Counted from the first letter of the stretch, positions 33,161 to 43,227 are shown. The stretch: DNA of 64,000 nt from Alphaproteobacteria bacterium (GCA_028821995.1 JAPKEQ010000001.1:5620-69619); one strand, 5' to 3'. Translations and numbers: made by a program. The notes: a model not told the origin generated them from the letters alone.

Positions 33161-35119
33161 ATGAGTGAGTCAATAGAATTATGCGCATTAAGAGAGGGGT
33201 ATTGGGACCTTATAAGTACTTACCCTCCCTCTCAAGAAGGTATCGCAATTAAAGAAGCTGCTAATATCCAAACAGGGTATGCGGCGGTTGCTGTGCTTTC
33301 TGTAGAAAAAATGCACATCGCTTATTACATTACACTTAGAAATATTCCCAAGCCTACATACTATGATATTAGAAAAAGTGTAAAAGCTGAACGTCCGACC
33401 ATGCGTCAAAAAACAAAACCTAAAAAAACTGCTAAACCTGAAAATTCTCAGCATACAACAACGTCAGCATCTGTAGAGAACACACCTAAACCTGTAGCCG
33501 CAGCATTAGAAGATACTCATGAGCTAAGCTTTTTTGAAAAACTTATCGATTCACTGTTTTATCTGCTTACAGGAAAACATGTGAAAGAAAGCCCTCACTC
33601 TAAAACACAAGAAAAAGAGAGCCGTGCAACTTCTGTTACCTCCCAAGATGAACAAACCTTATCAGGTGAACCGGTAACAGCTTCTCAACAAACAGAAGAA
33701 AGCACTCTTGAAAGCCTTCTAGAAACGCAACTTGAAGAAAAATTGGATGCCAATCCCCCCTCTGAAGAGGCAGTGCCAGATGAAGAGGAAATACCCGATA
33801 CAGCACAAGCACCTGATACACATGAAGAGACAAAGGCACCACAACCTCAAGCCGAAATTTCTGCTAAAAACCCTTTCAAAGCAAAGGAAGAGCATAAAAA
33901 CACTTCCAGCCCTCTTATGCAACCGCCAGAGCGCGAAAAGAAAAACGCTGCTCTTAAAAATACAAAGGCTAGCCTGCCCAAAATTGGAGGGGGACATATT
34001 CCAAACCCTTCAACTCCACAAAAATCACAAAGCACACAAGATACAGGCACAGCTTTTTGGAACAACATTGCAGAAGATGATGATGATTTTGAAAGCATAC
34101 GTCTTCAAATTCAAAAAAGCTTATTTGGAGCCATTGAACGCGCCAAGCAGCTGGCCTGGCTACCAGAACAAAGCACAATGCGTGGCACACTACAGCTTGC
34201 ATCTATTCTTCTTATTTGCGGTATTGGTAGAAAACTTTGCTCTCATGTTGGCGTCCCTGGTGGGCTTGGCAATCAAGTCATTGCAGATACACTTGAGCAA
34301 CTCGGCCTTTCTGATAAGCAAGCTTTTATCTGCGCACTCCACGTAGATCGAATACTCAGCGATCATAAAAACAACCTCATGTATCTTATTGGCCGCGCCT
34401 ACGGAGCCAACATTTTAAACGACACGGAGCAGCGCATTGACTTGCTCAGTATTTTTAACGCATGGGAAGCTAACGAACTTGAAAAATATTTTGACGTTGA
34501 TGAAGAAAAAAACACAGCTAAACTATCTAAACTGCCTTATCTAAAAGCAATTTCTATTCTCCTTACTGACATTGTGAACTTCACAGGTCAAAGCAATGAA
34601 AAAGGTGAAAAATGGGTTAAAGATGTTGTACATGCCCATAACCGCATGACAAAAACAATAACAGTCCATCAAAAAGGAGAGTATATCCAAGGAACTGGTG
34701 ATGGCGCCCTCCTTATTTTCACATCACCCCAAGCTGCAATGCATGCCGCCCTGGAGCTTCAATTTATGCATCAAAATTTCTGCAGGCGTGTGGCAAGTAG
34801 ACATTTTGATATTAGAGTTGCCGTAAGCCACGGTATTCCTATTCAAACACAGTCAGGTTTGCATGGTCCTCCTATTGAAGAGCTACATATGATCCATAAA
34901 GAAATGGGTGATATTGGCATTGCTGTAACAAAGGGCATAGCAAATATTGCAGAGCAACACGGGTTCCAATTTAATTTAAACGAAGAGACAGCCTTCCCCA
35001 TTTATGAATTTACAACATACACAGGAGCTCATACAGTAAGCGACAAAGACCAGACAAAAGAACAACACGCTGAAACTCCCGCAGAGAAGATGCAAGAAGA
35101 AGGACAACAACACGTATGA
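33161..35119 (+). CDS. Class III nucleotidyl cyclase-domain protein A: novel N-terminal domain, long acidic low-complexity linker, C-terminal cyclase domain that appears degenerate
   Basis: C-terminal LLTDIVNFTG...GEYIQGTGDGALLIF...FDIRVAVSHGIP matches the class III cyclase homology domain. The GxxVNxAAR transition-state motif is absent. Residues 80-300 are E/P/Q/T-rich. Confidence 0.8.
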   Translation: MSESIELCALREGYWDLISTYPPSQEGIAIKEAANIQTGYAAVAVLSVEKMHIAYYITLRNIPKPTYYDIRKSVKAERPTMRQKTKPKKTAKPENSQHTTTSASVENTPKPVAAALEDTHELSFFEKLIDSLFYLLTGKHVKESPHSKTQEKESRATSVTSQDEQTLSGEPVTASQQTEESTLESLLETQLEEKLDANPPSEEAVPDEEEIPDTAQAPDTHEETKAPQPQAEISAKNPFKAKEEHKNTSSPLMQPPEREKKNAALKNTKASLPKIGGGHIPNPSTPQKSQSTQDTGTAFWNNIAEDDDDFESIRLQIQKSLFGAIERAKQLAWLPEQSTMRGTLQLASILLICGIGRKLCSHVGVPGGLGNQVIADTLEQLGLSDKQAFICALHVDRILSDHKNNLMYLIGRAYGANILNDTEQRIDLLSIFNAWEANELEKYFDVDEEKNTAKLSKLPYLKAISILLTDIVNFTGQSNEKGEKWVKDVVHAHNRMTKTITVHQKGEYIQGTGDGALLIFTSPQAAMHAALELQFMHQNFCRRVASRHFDIRVAVSHGIPIQTQSGLHGPPIEELHMIHKEMGDIGIAVTKGIANIAEQHGFQFNLNEETAFPIYEFTTYTGAHTVSDKDQTKEQHAETPAEKMQEEGQQHV

Positions 35120-36624
35120 GCATTGACCTCTGCATTTTAAGACAAGGCGCTTGGGAAATTCATTCTACTTACTCTCCGGGAGAGTCAGAAAAAGCCGTAC
35201 AAGATGCCATTCGCTACAAGCAAGAAAAAGCCTACACTGGCGTTGTTGTTATTGATGATAGAACAAAGAGCGTTTTATACGGCTATACATCTTCTGGAAA
35301 ACCAGCATTTGACACAGTGGTAAAAAGCCTTAAAGAAGGCAAAAAAAACCTACGTGTTCAAAGCATGCAAACAAACATGAAAAACAAACCTGCAAAACAA
35401 GCCGCAAGCCCAAGCACCCCAAACCCAATCCAAACCAACAGCAAGCTTAACTCTGTCATGAGCGTGAGTATGCTATCTCTCATTATTGCCGTTACCATTT
35501 TTATGGTTCTACTCAACGTATTTAATGATCTTACCTCAGCACTTGTTGGCGCTATTTTTACAGCGGTATCGGCACTTATTGCATTTAAAATAGCAAATTT
35601 TGACCCCAGCACATCCATTGAAACTGTCGCTAAAATTGTTGCTACAAAAATGCACATCGGAGCTTCTGCCGAAGCACTTGATATGGAAAATGACAACTTA
35701 AGCATTAAAGATCACATTCAAAATGTTGTAGATTCCGCCGTACAAGGGGTTTGGAATGAAGAGCAAGAAGAAGCACCAAAAGAATCTGCGCTTGGCATTA
35801 TTCTTTTATGCTCTGGCGTCATAGAACATATCCACCAGGCACAAAACTACAAACGTCTTGTACTTATTGAAATGGCGAGCGATATCATTGAAGACTCTAA
35901 ATTCTCAATTCCCAAAGCAAGCACTGTCGCTTGCTACAAAAACATACTTGAATACCTTGCCTATCCTCGTTATTCCAGCATGTACGACATGGGGTATCAA
36001 CTTTCTAAAAAATTCAGCGCTAGCAAGGATACTGAAACCCTTAACTTGCAGGTTAGCCAAGCTTTTGAAGCTTGGTCCTCTCATCAAGATGTCACAGCAA
36101 GCCACAATGCGGCCGCAGCCATTTTATTTACAGATATTGTAGATTTTACATCCACACATCAGGACCGTGGAGATAACTGGATGATGCGCATATTAAACGC
36201 GCATAACGATGCCGTACGCGAAGGCCTCCATGTTACTGGCGGACGGGAAATTAAACACACAGGAGATGGCATCATGGCATCCTTCCAGTCTGTTAAAGAT
36301 GCCCTTGATGCTGCTATTGTTGCACAACGTAAAATTAATGAATTTAACATTGCCCATGAATCTGAGCGCTTTGAAGTACGTGTCGGCATTAGCTATGGAG
36401 AGCCTGTACACATCGGAGGTGACCTTTTTGGGACACCTGTAAATAAGGCCGCTCGCGTTCTTTCTAATACTCATGGAGAAGAAATTGCAATGTCTTCAGA
36501 AGCCTGGCTTGAAGCAAAGAGCTACGGATATACTGCAAAAGAAACAACTGGGGTTGAATTCAAAGGATTTGATGGCATTCACAGCCTCTTTAAGATCAAT
36601 TGGAAAGAGGCTGAGCAAAGCTGA
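35116..36624 (+). CDS. Class III adenylate/guanylate cyclase B (paralog of A): shared N-terminal domain, TM segment(s), intact cyclase domain
   Basis: ILFTDIVDFTS...IKHTGDGIMASF...FEVRVGISYGEPVHIGGDLFGTPVNKAARV carries all class III catalytic motifs. Its start overlaps the stop of A by 4 bp. Confidence 0.88.
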   Translation: MSIDLCILRQGAWEIHSTYSPGESEKAVQDAIRYKQEKAYTGVVVIDDRTKSVLYGYTSSGKPAFDTVVKSLKEGKKNLRVQSMQTNMKNKPAKQAASPSTPNPIQTNSKLNSVMSVSMLSLIIAVTIFMVLLNVFNDLTSALVGAIFTAVSALIAFKIANFDPSTSIETVAKIVATKMHIGASAEALDMENDNLSIKDHIQNVVDSAVQGVWNEEQEEAPKESALGIILLCSGVIEHIHQAQNYKRLVLIEMASDIIEDSKFSIPKASTVACYKNILEYLAYPRYSSMYDMGYQLSKKFSASKDTETLNLQVSQAFEAWSSHQDVTASHNAAAAILFTDIVDFTSTHQDRGDNWMMRILNAHNDAVREGLHVTGGREIKHTGDGIMASFQSVKDALDAAIVAQRKINEFNIAHESERFEVRVGISYGEPVHIGGDLFGTPVNKAARVLSNTHGEEIAMSSEAWLEAKSYGYTAKETTGVEFKGFDGIHSLFKINWKEAEQS

Positions 36625-36737
36625 CAAGCTTGACTTCCAGCCTAAAACCCCTTAAAACATTTCTATATAGAACAAATATTGTCCCATATATATGAACATA
36701 TGCGGACAAGAGTGCAAAATAAACAGGGTAAATTGCA

Positions 36738-37202
36738 ATGATGAAGCTGAGTAAGATGTCAGATTATGCCGTTGTCATGATGACTCTCATGGGTGCGGAC
36801 CCTCTCGCAAATCACACAGCAACTACAGTTGCAGAAAAAAGCGGCCTTACGGTTCCTACTGTAAGAAAACTCATGAAGATGCTTTCAAAGGCTGGTCTAT
36901 TAAACTCCACACGTGGTGTTAATGGTGGCTATACCTTTGCTAAAAACCCAAACATGATTAATGTCTCTGAAATTATTGAAGCTGTTGATGGCCCTATTGC
37001 TATGACCACATGCCTTGACCGCACACAAACAACTTGTGTTATGGATAGCCACTGCCCAACAAAAGATCGTTGGCACGTGATAAATGACGCTGTACGCACA
37101 GCCCTACAAGCGGTAACACTTGGCCAATTTATTGAACCAACAAATCCGCTGGTTCGTGTTGAATTTGATGAAGAATGTAAAGATAATGCCTGCAATGTCT
37201 AA
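36738..37202 (+). CDS. Rrf2-family transcriptional regulator (IscR/SufR-like) preceding the suf operon
   Basis: [17 protein letters not shown]...[30 protein letters not shown] wHTH, plus clustered Cys ([15 protein letters not shown]) for an Fe-S ligand. Confidence 0.88.
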   Translation: MMKLSKMSDYAVVMMTLMGADPLANHTATTVAEKSGLTVPTVRKLMKMLSKAGLLNSTRGVNGGYTFAKNPNMINVSEIIEAVDGPIAMTTCLDRTQTTCVMDSHCPTKDRWHVINDAVRTALQAVTLGQFIEPTNPLVRVEFDEECKDNACNV

Positions 37203-38643
37203 CGATACCTACGGCTCTAAAGAAGCCACTTCTGGCGATTATCAGTACGGTTTTGCTACTGATATCGAAATGGAATATGCCCCAAAGGGCCTTAATGAAG
37301 ATATCATTCGCTTTATTAGCGCCAAAAAGAACGAGCCTGAATGGATGCTTGAATGGCGCCTTAAATCTTATAAAATTTGGAAAAGCAAAGCAGAGCCAAA
37401 ATGGGCGATGGTTGATTACCCGCCTATCGATTTTAATGATATTTATTACTATGCAGCACCTAAAAGCCAAGAAGATGGACCTAAAAGCCTAGATGAGGTT
37501 GATCCTGAACTTCTTAGAACTTATGAGAAACTTGGCATTCCCCTTCATGAGCAAGAAATCCTTGCAGGCGTTGCCGTAGACGCTGTTTTTGACAGTGTGT
37601 CTGTTGCAACAACGTTTAAAGATAAACTTGCAGAAGCGGGGGTTATTTTTTGCCCAATTAGCGAAGCCATTCAAGAACACCCTGAGCTTATTCAAAAATA
37701 TCTCGGTAGCGTCGTTCCACAAACAGACAATGCTTACGCTGCTCTTAATGGTGCCGTCTTTACAGATGGTTCATTTGTTTACATCCCTGAAGGCGTGCGC
37801 TGCCCTATGGAGCTCTCAACATATTTCCGTATCAACGCCCTTAATACAGGTCAGTTTGAGCGCACACTTATCATTGCCGATAAAGGCAGTTACGTCAGCT
37901 ATCTAGAAGGCTGCACTGCGCCTATGCGTGACGAAAATCAGCTCCACGCCGCGGTAGTAGAACTTGTTGCCCTTGATGACGCCGAAATTAAATATTCTAC
38001 AGTCCAAAACTGGTACCCAGGCAATGAAGAAGGCAAAGGCGGAATTTATAACTTTGTAACAAAACGTGCAGACTGTATCGGTAAAAATAGTAAAGTAACT
38101 TGGATACAAGTTGAGACAGGGAGCGCCATCACTTGGAAGTACCCGTCTTGCATCCTAACTGGTGACGGCAGCTCTGGTAAGTTCCTCAGCGTTGCTGTAA
38201 CGCGCCTCAAACAGCAAGCTGATACAGGGAGTAAAATGATTCACATTGGTAAAAATACCAAGAGTACCATCATCTCTAAAGGCATTAGCGCTGAGCGCGG
38301 AGAAAACACTTACCGTGGCCGTGTGGCTGTTATGAATAGCGCTAAAGGTGCGCGTAACTACACCCAATGTGACAGTATGCTTATTGGTAATAATTGCGCT
38401 GCTCACACCGTGCCTTATATTGATGTTAAAACATCAGATGCACAGGTGGAGCACGAAGCAACAACCTCTAAAATTAGTGAAGAGCAAATGTTCTATTTGC
38501 GCCAACGCGGCATGACAGAAGAGGACGCTGTGAGTATGATTGTGAACGGGTTTGCAAAAGATGTTCTGCAGGAGCTTCCAATGGAATTTGCAGTAGAAGC
38601 ACAAAAACTTCTCGGAATTACACTTGAAAATAGCGTTGGCTAG
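37186..38643 (+). CDS. sufB: Fe-S cluster assembly scaffold SufB
   Basis: About 485 aa with conserved SufB core segments ([26 protein letters not shown], ...[16 protein letters not shown]...). Confidence 0.93.
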   Translation: MPAMSNDTYGSKEATSGDYQYGFATDIEMEYAPKGLNEDIIRFISAKKNEPEWMLEWRLKSYKIWKSKAEPKWAMVDYPPIDFNDIYYYAAPKSQEDGPKSLDEVDPELLRTYEKLGIPLHEQEILAGVAVDAVFDSVSVATTFKDKLAEAGVIFCPISEAIQEHPELIQKYLGSVVPQTDNAYAALNGAVFTDGSFVYIPEGVRCPMELSTYFRINALNTGQFERTLIIADKGSYVSYLEGCTAPMRDENQLHAAVVELVALDDAEIKYSTVQNWYPGNEEGKGGIYNFVTKRADCIGKNSKVTWIQVETGSAITWKYPSCILTGDGSSGKFLSVAVTRLKQQADTGSKMIHIGKNTKSTIISKGISAERGENTYRGRVAVMNSAKGARNYTQCDSMLIGNNCAAHTVPYIDVKTSDAQVEHEATTSKISEEQMFYLRQRGMTEEDAVSMIVNGFAKDVLQELPMEFAVEAQKLLGITLENSVG

Positions 38644-38660
38644 TAATAAGGAAAAAAGCA

Positions 38661-39410
38661 ATGATTGAAATCAAAAACCTACACGCTCGCGTGGATGACA
38701 AAGAAATTCTCAAAGGCCTTAGCCTGACTATTCCTAATGGTGAAGTTCATGCCATCATGGGCCCAAACGGTGCTGGTAAGAGTACTCTTGCCAATGTTAT
38801 TTCTGGCAAGGATGGCTATGAAATTACTGAAGGTGATATTCTTTTCCACGGGCAAAGCGTACTTGAAATGGAGCCTGAAGAACGTGCTCATCTTGGCCTC
38901 TTCCTTGCTTTCCAATACCCTGTAGAAATTCCTGGTGTAAACAGCATGACATTCCTACGTACAGCCCTTAATGCTAAACGTAAGGCAAATGGTGAAGCTG
39001 AACTAGACGGCGCAGAATTTCTTCGCATTGTTAAAACAGCCATGAAAAATCTTAAAATCAAAGATGACTTCCTGAAACGTTCTGTTAACGTTGGTTTTTC
39101 AGGCGGTGAGAAAAAACGTTTTGAAATCCTTCAGATGCAAGTGCTAAGCCCAACTTTTGCTGTACTTGATGAAACAGATTCAGGCCTTGATATTGATGCC
39201 CTTAAAGTGGTGGCTGAAGGCGTAAACATGCTCCGAGATCCTTCTCGTAGCTTTCTTGTTATTACGCACTACCAGCGTCTTCTTGATTATATTGAACCTG
39301 ATGTCGTGCATATTCTCGCAGATGGTAAAATTCAAAAAACAGGTGATAAAAACCTTGCCCTTGAACTTGAAGAAAAAGGTTATGACGCCGTGATCGGGGA
39401 TGCAGCCTAA
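38661..39410 (+). CDS. sufC: Fe-S cluster assembly ATPase SufC
   Basis: ABC ATPase with GPNGAGKSTL Walker A, LSGGEKKR signature and LDETDSGLD Walker B. Confidence 0.95.
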   Translation: MIEIKNLHARVDDKEILKGLSLTIPNGEVHAIMGPNGAGKSTLANVISGKDGYEITEGDILFHGQSVLEMEPEERAHLGLFLAFQYPVEIPGVNSMTFLRTALNAKRKANGEAELDGAEFLRIVKTAMKNLKIKDDFLKRSVNVGFSGGEKKRFEILQMQVLSPTFAVLDETDSGLDIDALKVVAEGVNMLRDPSRSFLVITHYQRLLDYIEPDVVHILADGKIQKTGDKNLALELEEKGYDAVIGDAA

Positions 39411-40612
39411 TGACGCTGATTGACACACTTAAAAGCACTCTGGCAGACGATACATCTGCCAATGCTAAGCTCTTTTTAGACAATGGTATTCCTACGCCTA
39501 AAATTGAGAAATGGCATTACACAAATTTAAATAACATCATGCGCACAACATGGCCATTTCAAAAGGCTAGCCACGCAAGCCAACAGTCTTGCGGCGAAAG
39601 TGACATTCGTTTTTTTGATGGCCACGCTACAGTTTGCAGTGTACCAGATGGCGTGACGATTCTTGCAGAGCGTGAAGCCTCAGCCCACCCAATTTTGCAA
39701 AGCATGCGTACGCAGGAGTTTTCAAAAAGAGATGAAAGCCTGGCCGCGCTCTCACATAGCCAAAGCACGCCCCTCTTTATTCTTGTTGATAAGAAGGTTG
39801 AAGCCACCTTGGTTTTAGAAAATTTCAGCATGCTCAAGGAGTCAGTGAACTTCCCTCACCTTTGTATCGCGGTTACAGAAGCTGCCAGCCTTACACTTTC
39901 TAGCCACAGCCATAGCGCTGGCGAAGCATGGAGCAATATTCTTACTCAAATCCATATTGCAAATGACGCAAGCCTTACACTTATGAACCTGCAAAACGAG
40001 CGCAAAGATACCGCTCATACATCCCATACATTTATTCAAGCAGAAGAAGGCAGCGCGCTTAATATTTATGGCATGAATATTGGTGGATCACTGGGACGAC
40101 AAACCATAGATATTGATCTTAATGGTAAAAATATTCAAACCAATATTGCTGCTGCAAACCTTGCAGATGGCAAACAAACACAAGACTTTACAATCCACAT
40201 GAATCACAATCATCCTTCCTGTGATACAAATGTATTTTCTCGTAATGTATGCCGCGGTCGGGGGCAAAGCGTATTCCAAGGTAAGTTCTATGTGGCACAG
40301 CAAGCTCAGCAAACAGATGCAGAAATGAGCTGCAAATCTCTACTGCTCTCTGATCGCGCACGCGCTGATAGTAAACCTGAACTTGAAATTTATGCAGACG
40401 ATGTAAAATGCGGACATGGAGCAACAGTAGGTACGCTTGATAGTGAATCTCTTTTCTATCTTATGGCACGTGGCGTTCCACGCAAGGACGCTGAAAATCT
40501 ACTGGTAGAAGGCTTTATTGAAGAGATGCTGACACGCATACCCGATGATGCAACAGCTAAAATTTGGCGCGCTCATTTTGCTGCATGGCTTGCGGCAACA
40601 TACGAAGGGTAG
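39410..40612 (+). CDS. sufD: Fe-S cluster assembly protein SufD
   Basis: Position between sufC and sufS, and the C-terminal SufB/D beta-helix motifs (ELEIYADDVKCGHGATVG...). Confidence 0.85.
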   Translation: MTLIDTLKSTLADDTSANAKLFLDNGIPTPKIEKWHYTNLNNIMRTTWPFQKASHASQQSCGESDIRFFDGHATVCSVPDGVTILAEREASAHPILQSMRTQEFSKRDESLAALSHSQSTPLFILVDKKVEATLVLENFSMLKESVNFPHLCIAVTEAASLTLSSHSHSAGEAWSNILTQIHIANDASLTLMNLQNERKDTAHTSHTFIQAEEGSALNIYGMNIGGSLGRQTIDIDLNGKNIQTNIAAANLADGKQTQDFTIHMNHNHPSCDTNVFSRNVCRGRGQSVFQGKFYVAQQAQQTDAEMSCKSLLLSDRARADSKPELEIYADDVKCGHGATVGTLDSESLFYLMARGVPRKDAENLLVEGFIEEMLTRIPDDATAKIWRAHFAAWLAATYEG

Positions 40613-40617
40613 CCGCT

Positions 40618-41820
40618 GTGGAAAGCTTTAAGCACCACTTCCCTATTTTTGAAAACGAGAGTAACCAAGCTCTTGCTTATTTTGACAGCGCCTCAAGCGC
40701 TCAAAAACCGAAGCACGTTATTGAAGTTATGAATCGTTTCCAAACATCATCTTACGCCAATGTGCACCGCGGCCTATATAGGCTCTCTGCTGAATCTACA
40801 ACAGCCTATGAAAATGCACGAAGAACCGTTGCAAATTTTATTGGTACAGATGAAAATCATATTGTATTTACACGCAGCGCCACTGAAGCTATTAACCTTA
40901 TAGCCAATACTTGGGGTACGCAGCATATTAAGGCTGGCGACATCATTCTCCTCACTGAAATGGAGCACCATGCCAATATTGTGCCTTGGGTTATGCTTGC
41001 AAAACAGGCTGGTGCTAAAGTAGAGTATGCCTCGCTTCTACCTGATGGCTCACTTGATATGAAATCTTATGAAAAAGCTCTAGAGAACAATCCTAAACTT
41101 GTCGCTTTTACTCATGTTTCTAATGTTTTAGGCACCATTAATTCTGTTAAAGATATGGTTTCACAGGCGCATAATGCTGGTGCAATAACTGTTATTGACG
41201 GCAGTCAAGCTGCACCTCATATAAGACTTAATATGGTAGATATTGATAGCGATTTTTACGTTTTCACAGGCCATAAAAATTATGGCCCTACAGGCACGGG
41301 TGTTCTCTACGGTAAAAAAGAGCTTCTAGACGCAATGCCTCCTTGGCAAGGCGGCGGTGACATGATTGAAACTGTCGCATTTGATAATATTACCTTTGCA
41401 AAAGCTCCTGCAAAATTTGAAGCAGGCACACCCAATATTGTTGGCACTGTTGGCCTTGCTGCTTCTATTGAGTTTTTAAATGCGCTCGGATGGGGTGTAA
41501 TTGAAACCCATGAAAAAGCGTTATCAGAAAAGCTAGAAGCAGAACTTATAAATTTTAACGGCCTTACGCTCTATAGCCGCGCTGTAAATAAAATTGGCGT
41601 CTTTTCTTTTAATTTAAACGGCATCCACAGCAGTGACGTTGCTATGGTTCTTGATAAATGCAACGTTGCCGTCCGTACAGGGCACCATTGCGCCCAGCCC
41701 CTTATGAAAGCACTTGGTACAGAACATACCATTCGTGCAAGTATTGGCCTTAGTACAACTGAAGACGATATTGACCAGCTTATTTCATCACTGCACAAAG
41801 CTCAAAAGATGCTAGGTTAG
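40618..41820 (+). CDS. sufS: Cysteine desulfurase SufS (class V aminotransferase). GTG start assumed; alternative ATG at 40585
   Basis: PLP-Lys context FYVFTGHKNYGPTGTGVLYG and the active-site Cys loop RTGHHCAQPLM. Confidence 0.92.
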   Translation: MESFKHHFPIFENESNQALAYFDSASSAQKPKHVIEVMNRFQTSSYANVHRGLYRLSAESTTAYENARRTVANFIGTDENHIVFTRSATEAINLIANTWGTQHIKAGDIILLTEMEHHANIVPWVMLAKQAGAKVEYASLLPDGSLDMKSYEKALENNPKLVAFTHVSNVLGTINSVKDMVSQAHNAGAITVIDGSQAAPHIRLNMVDIDSDFYVFTGHKNYGPTGTGVLYGKKELLDAMPPWQGGGDMIETVAFDNITFAKAPAKFEAGTPNIVGTVGLAASIEFLNALGWGVIETHEKALSEKLEAELINFNGLTLYSRAVNKIGVFSFNLNGIHSSDVAMVLDKCNVAVRTGHHCAQPLMKALGTEHTIRASIGLSTTEDDIDQLISSLHKAQKMLG

Positions 41821-41824
41821 GCGT

Positions 41825-42190
41825 ATGAGTAAAGTCAAAATTGAGTTCACAGGCCTGCCTGAAGTTGAAAAAAAACCAGCAGAGTCTAGCCCGCTTAAAG
41901 AGCGCGTTATCTACGCCCTGCGTAACGTGTTTGACCCCGAGCTACCAGTAAACGTATATGACCTGAAACTTATCTACGATATTCGTATCGATAGCCATAA
42001 TAAGGTAGATATAGATATGACACTCACAAACCCAAACTGCCCAGTGGCAGATCAAATCCCCAAAGATGTTGAGGATGGTGTACGTAAAGTAGATGGTATC
42101 ACAGATGTTAGCGTCACGATGGTTTGGGAACCCACATGGCATAAAGACATGCTTAGTGATGATATTAAACTTGAACTTGGGCTTCTCTAG
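41825..42190 (+). CDS. sufT: SUF-system Fe-S assembly protein, DUF59/MIP18 family (SufT-like)
   Basis: VIYALRNVFDPELPVNVYDLKLIY...LTNPNCPVADQIP, a DUF59 signature. Confidence 0.82.
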   Translation: MSKVKIEFTGLPEVEKKPAESSPLKERVIYALRNVFDPELPVNVYDLKLIYDIRIDSHNKVDIDMTLTNPNCPVADQIPKDVEDGVRKVDGITDVSVTMVWEPTWHKDMLSDDIKLELGLL

Positions 42191-42199
42191 GAGAAAAAA

Positions 42200-42541
42200 A
42201 TGACTGATACAAAAGCACCCATTACACTCACACTCGCCGCTGTCGAAAGGCTTAAAGAGATTGTATCAAAAGCCGAAGGCACCGTAATTGCCCTACGCAT
42301 TAGCGTCAATAAAAAAGGCTGCAACGGCCTTGGTTATGAACTGAGTTACGTAGAAAAAGCAGACGATAAAGATATTAAAATTGAGCAAGATGGCGTTATC
42401 GTCTACCTCGATCCAGCTGCCTCTCTCTACCTGTACGGTTCTACCATGGATTTTGTCACAGAAAAACTTAGAAGCGCCTTTGAATTTATTAACCCGAATG
42501 AAAAAAGCCGCTGCGGCTGCGGGGAAAGCTTTAACGTGTAA
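42200..42541 (+). CDS. sufA: A-type Fe-S carrier (SufA/ErpA, HesB family)
   Basis: CNGLGY...C-terminal CGCGESF motif. Confidence 0.9.
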   Translation: MTDTKAPITLTLAAVERLKEIVSKAEGTVIALRISVNKKGCNGLGYELSYVEKADDKDIKIEQDGVIVYLDPAASLYLYGSTMDFVTEKLRSAFEFINPNEKSRCGCGESFNV

Positions 42542-42552
42542 CTCTCTCATAT

Positions 42553-42584
42553 TAAAAAACCGCCCCGAAGGGCGGTTTTATTGT
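42553..42584 (+). terminator. Rho-independent terminator of the suf operon (repeat copy 1)
   Basis: aaaaaaccgccccgaagggcggttttattg. Confidence 0.85.
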
Positions 42585-42588
42585 CGAT

Positions 42589-43167
42589 TTAACTACCTTC
42601 ATAGGGCTTTGATACATCAAAAATTAGCATAAAACGCCTACCAGAATAGACATCATCTCCAGGCTCTTGTTTAACATACCCTTGAGAAGGCATATCATCC
42701 AACGTGACGAAGATATCTATTTTTTTACATTTTTTTAAAATGTCTTTATATACAGGGTGTTTTTCAATATCTTGCAAAGTGAGTTGAGGTTCTACATCAG
42801 AAAACCTATCAACTTCACAAATACAATACCTTGTATCTGCTCGAGAAAAAGAGCGGGTAGTCATTGCCACATCTTTTTGGAAAGAATTTAAAGCATCTCC
42901 TAAACAAAAACTCACATGTTTATCTCTTTTTTCTCTAAGCTCATCATTAAGGTTACTATTTTGTAAACACTCTCGAAAAGTTAGAATATTTTTTTCATTA
43001 ACTTGTTCCTCATCACTATATTTAGACTTATGGTTTTCCTTGCCATTTTTTTCCACATAAAGCAATACATACATGACAAGGCATAAAGCCCCCAAGAATA
43101 TAAAGACATCCATTGGGTTACTCCTTAAAAACGTGAATAAAGATTTAGTACTAACCGATGTATACAC
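42589..43167 (-). CDS. Hypothetical membrane-anchored protein. Start is likely the internal MDVFIFLGAL
   Basis: ORF with an N-terminal TM. No motif. It is flanked by identical hairpins. Confidence 0.45.
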   Translation of the reverse strand: MYTSVSTKSLFTFLRSNPMDVFIFLGALCLVMYVLLYVEKNGKENHKSKYSDEEQVNEKNILTFRECLQNSNLNDELREKRDKHVSFCLGDALNSFQKDVAMTTRSFSRADTRYCICEVDRFSDVEPQLTLQDIEKHPVYKDILKKCKKIDIFVTLDDMPSQGYVKQEPGDDVYSGRRFMLIFDVSKPYEGS

Positions 43168-43191
43168 ATTCTTTTGTTACGGGTCAACATG

Positions 43192-43224
43192 AAAAAAACC
43201 GCCCCGAAGGGCGGTTTTTTTCAT
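43192..43224. terminator. Rho-independent terminator hairpin (repeat copy 2, identical core to copy 1)
   Basis: gaaaaaaaccgccccgaagggcggtttttttcatcg. Confidence 0.75.
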
Positions 43225-43227
43225 CGT

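Noticed and set aside
33732-34346. 204 aa plus-strand ORF and several minus-strand ORFs in 33636-34202
   Set aside because: Alternative-frame or antisense readings of the low-complexity acidic linker of cyclase A.
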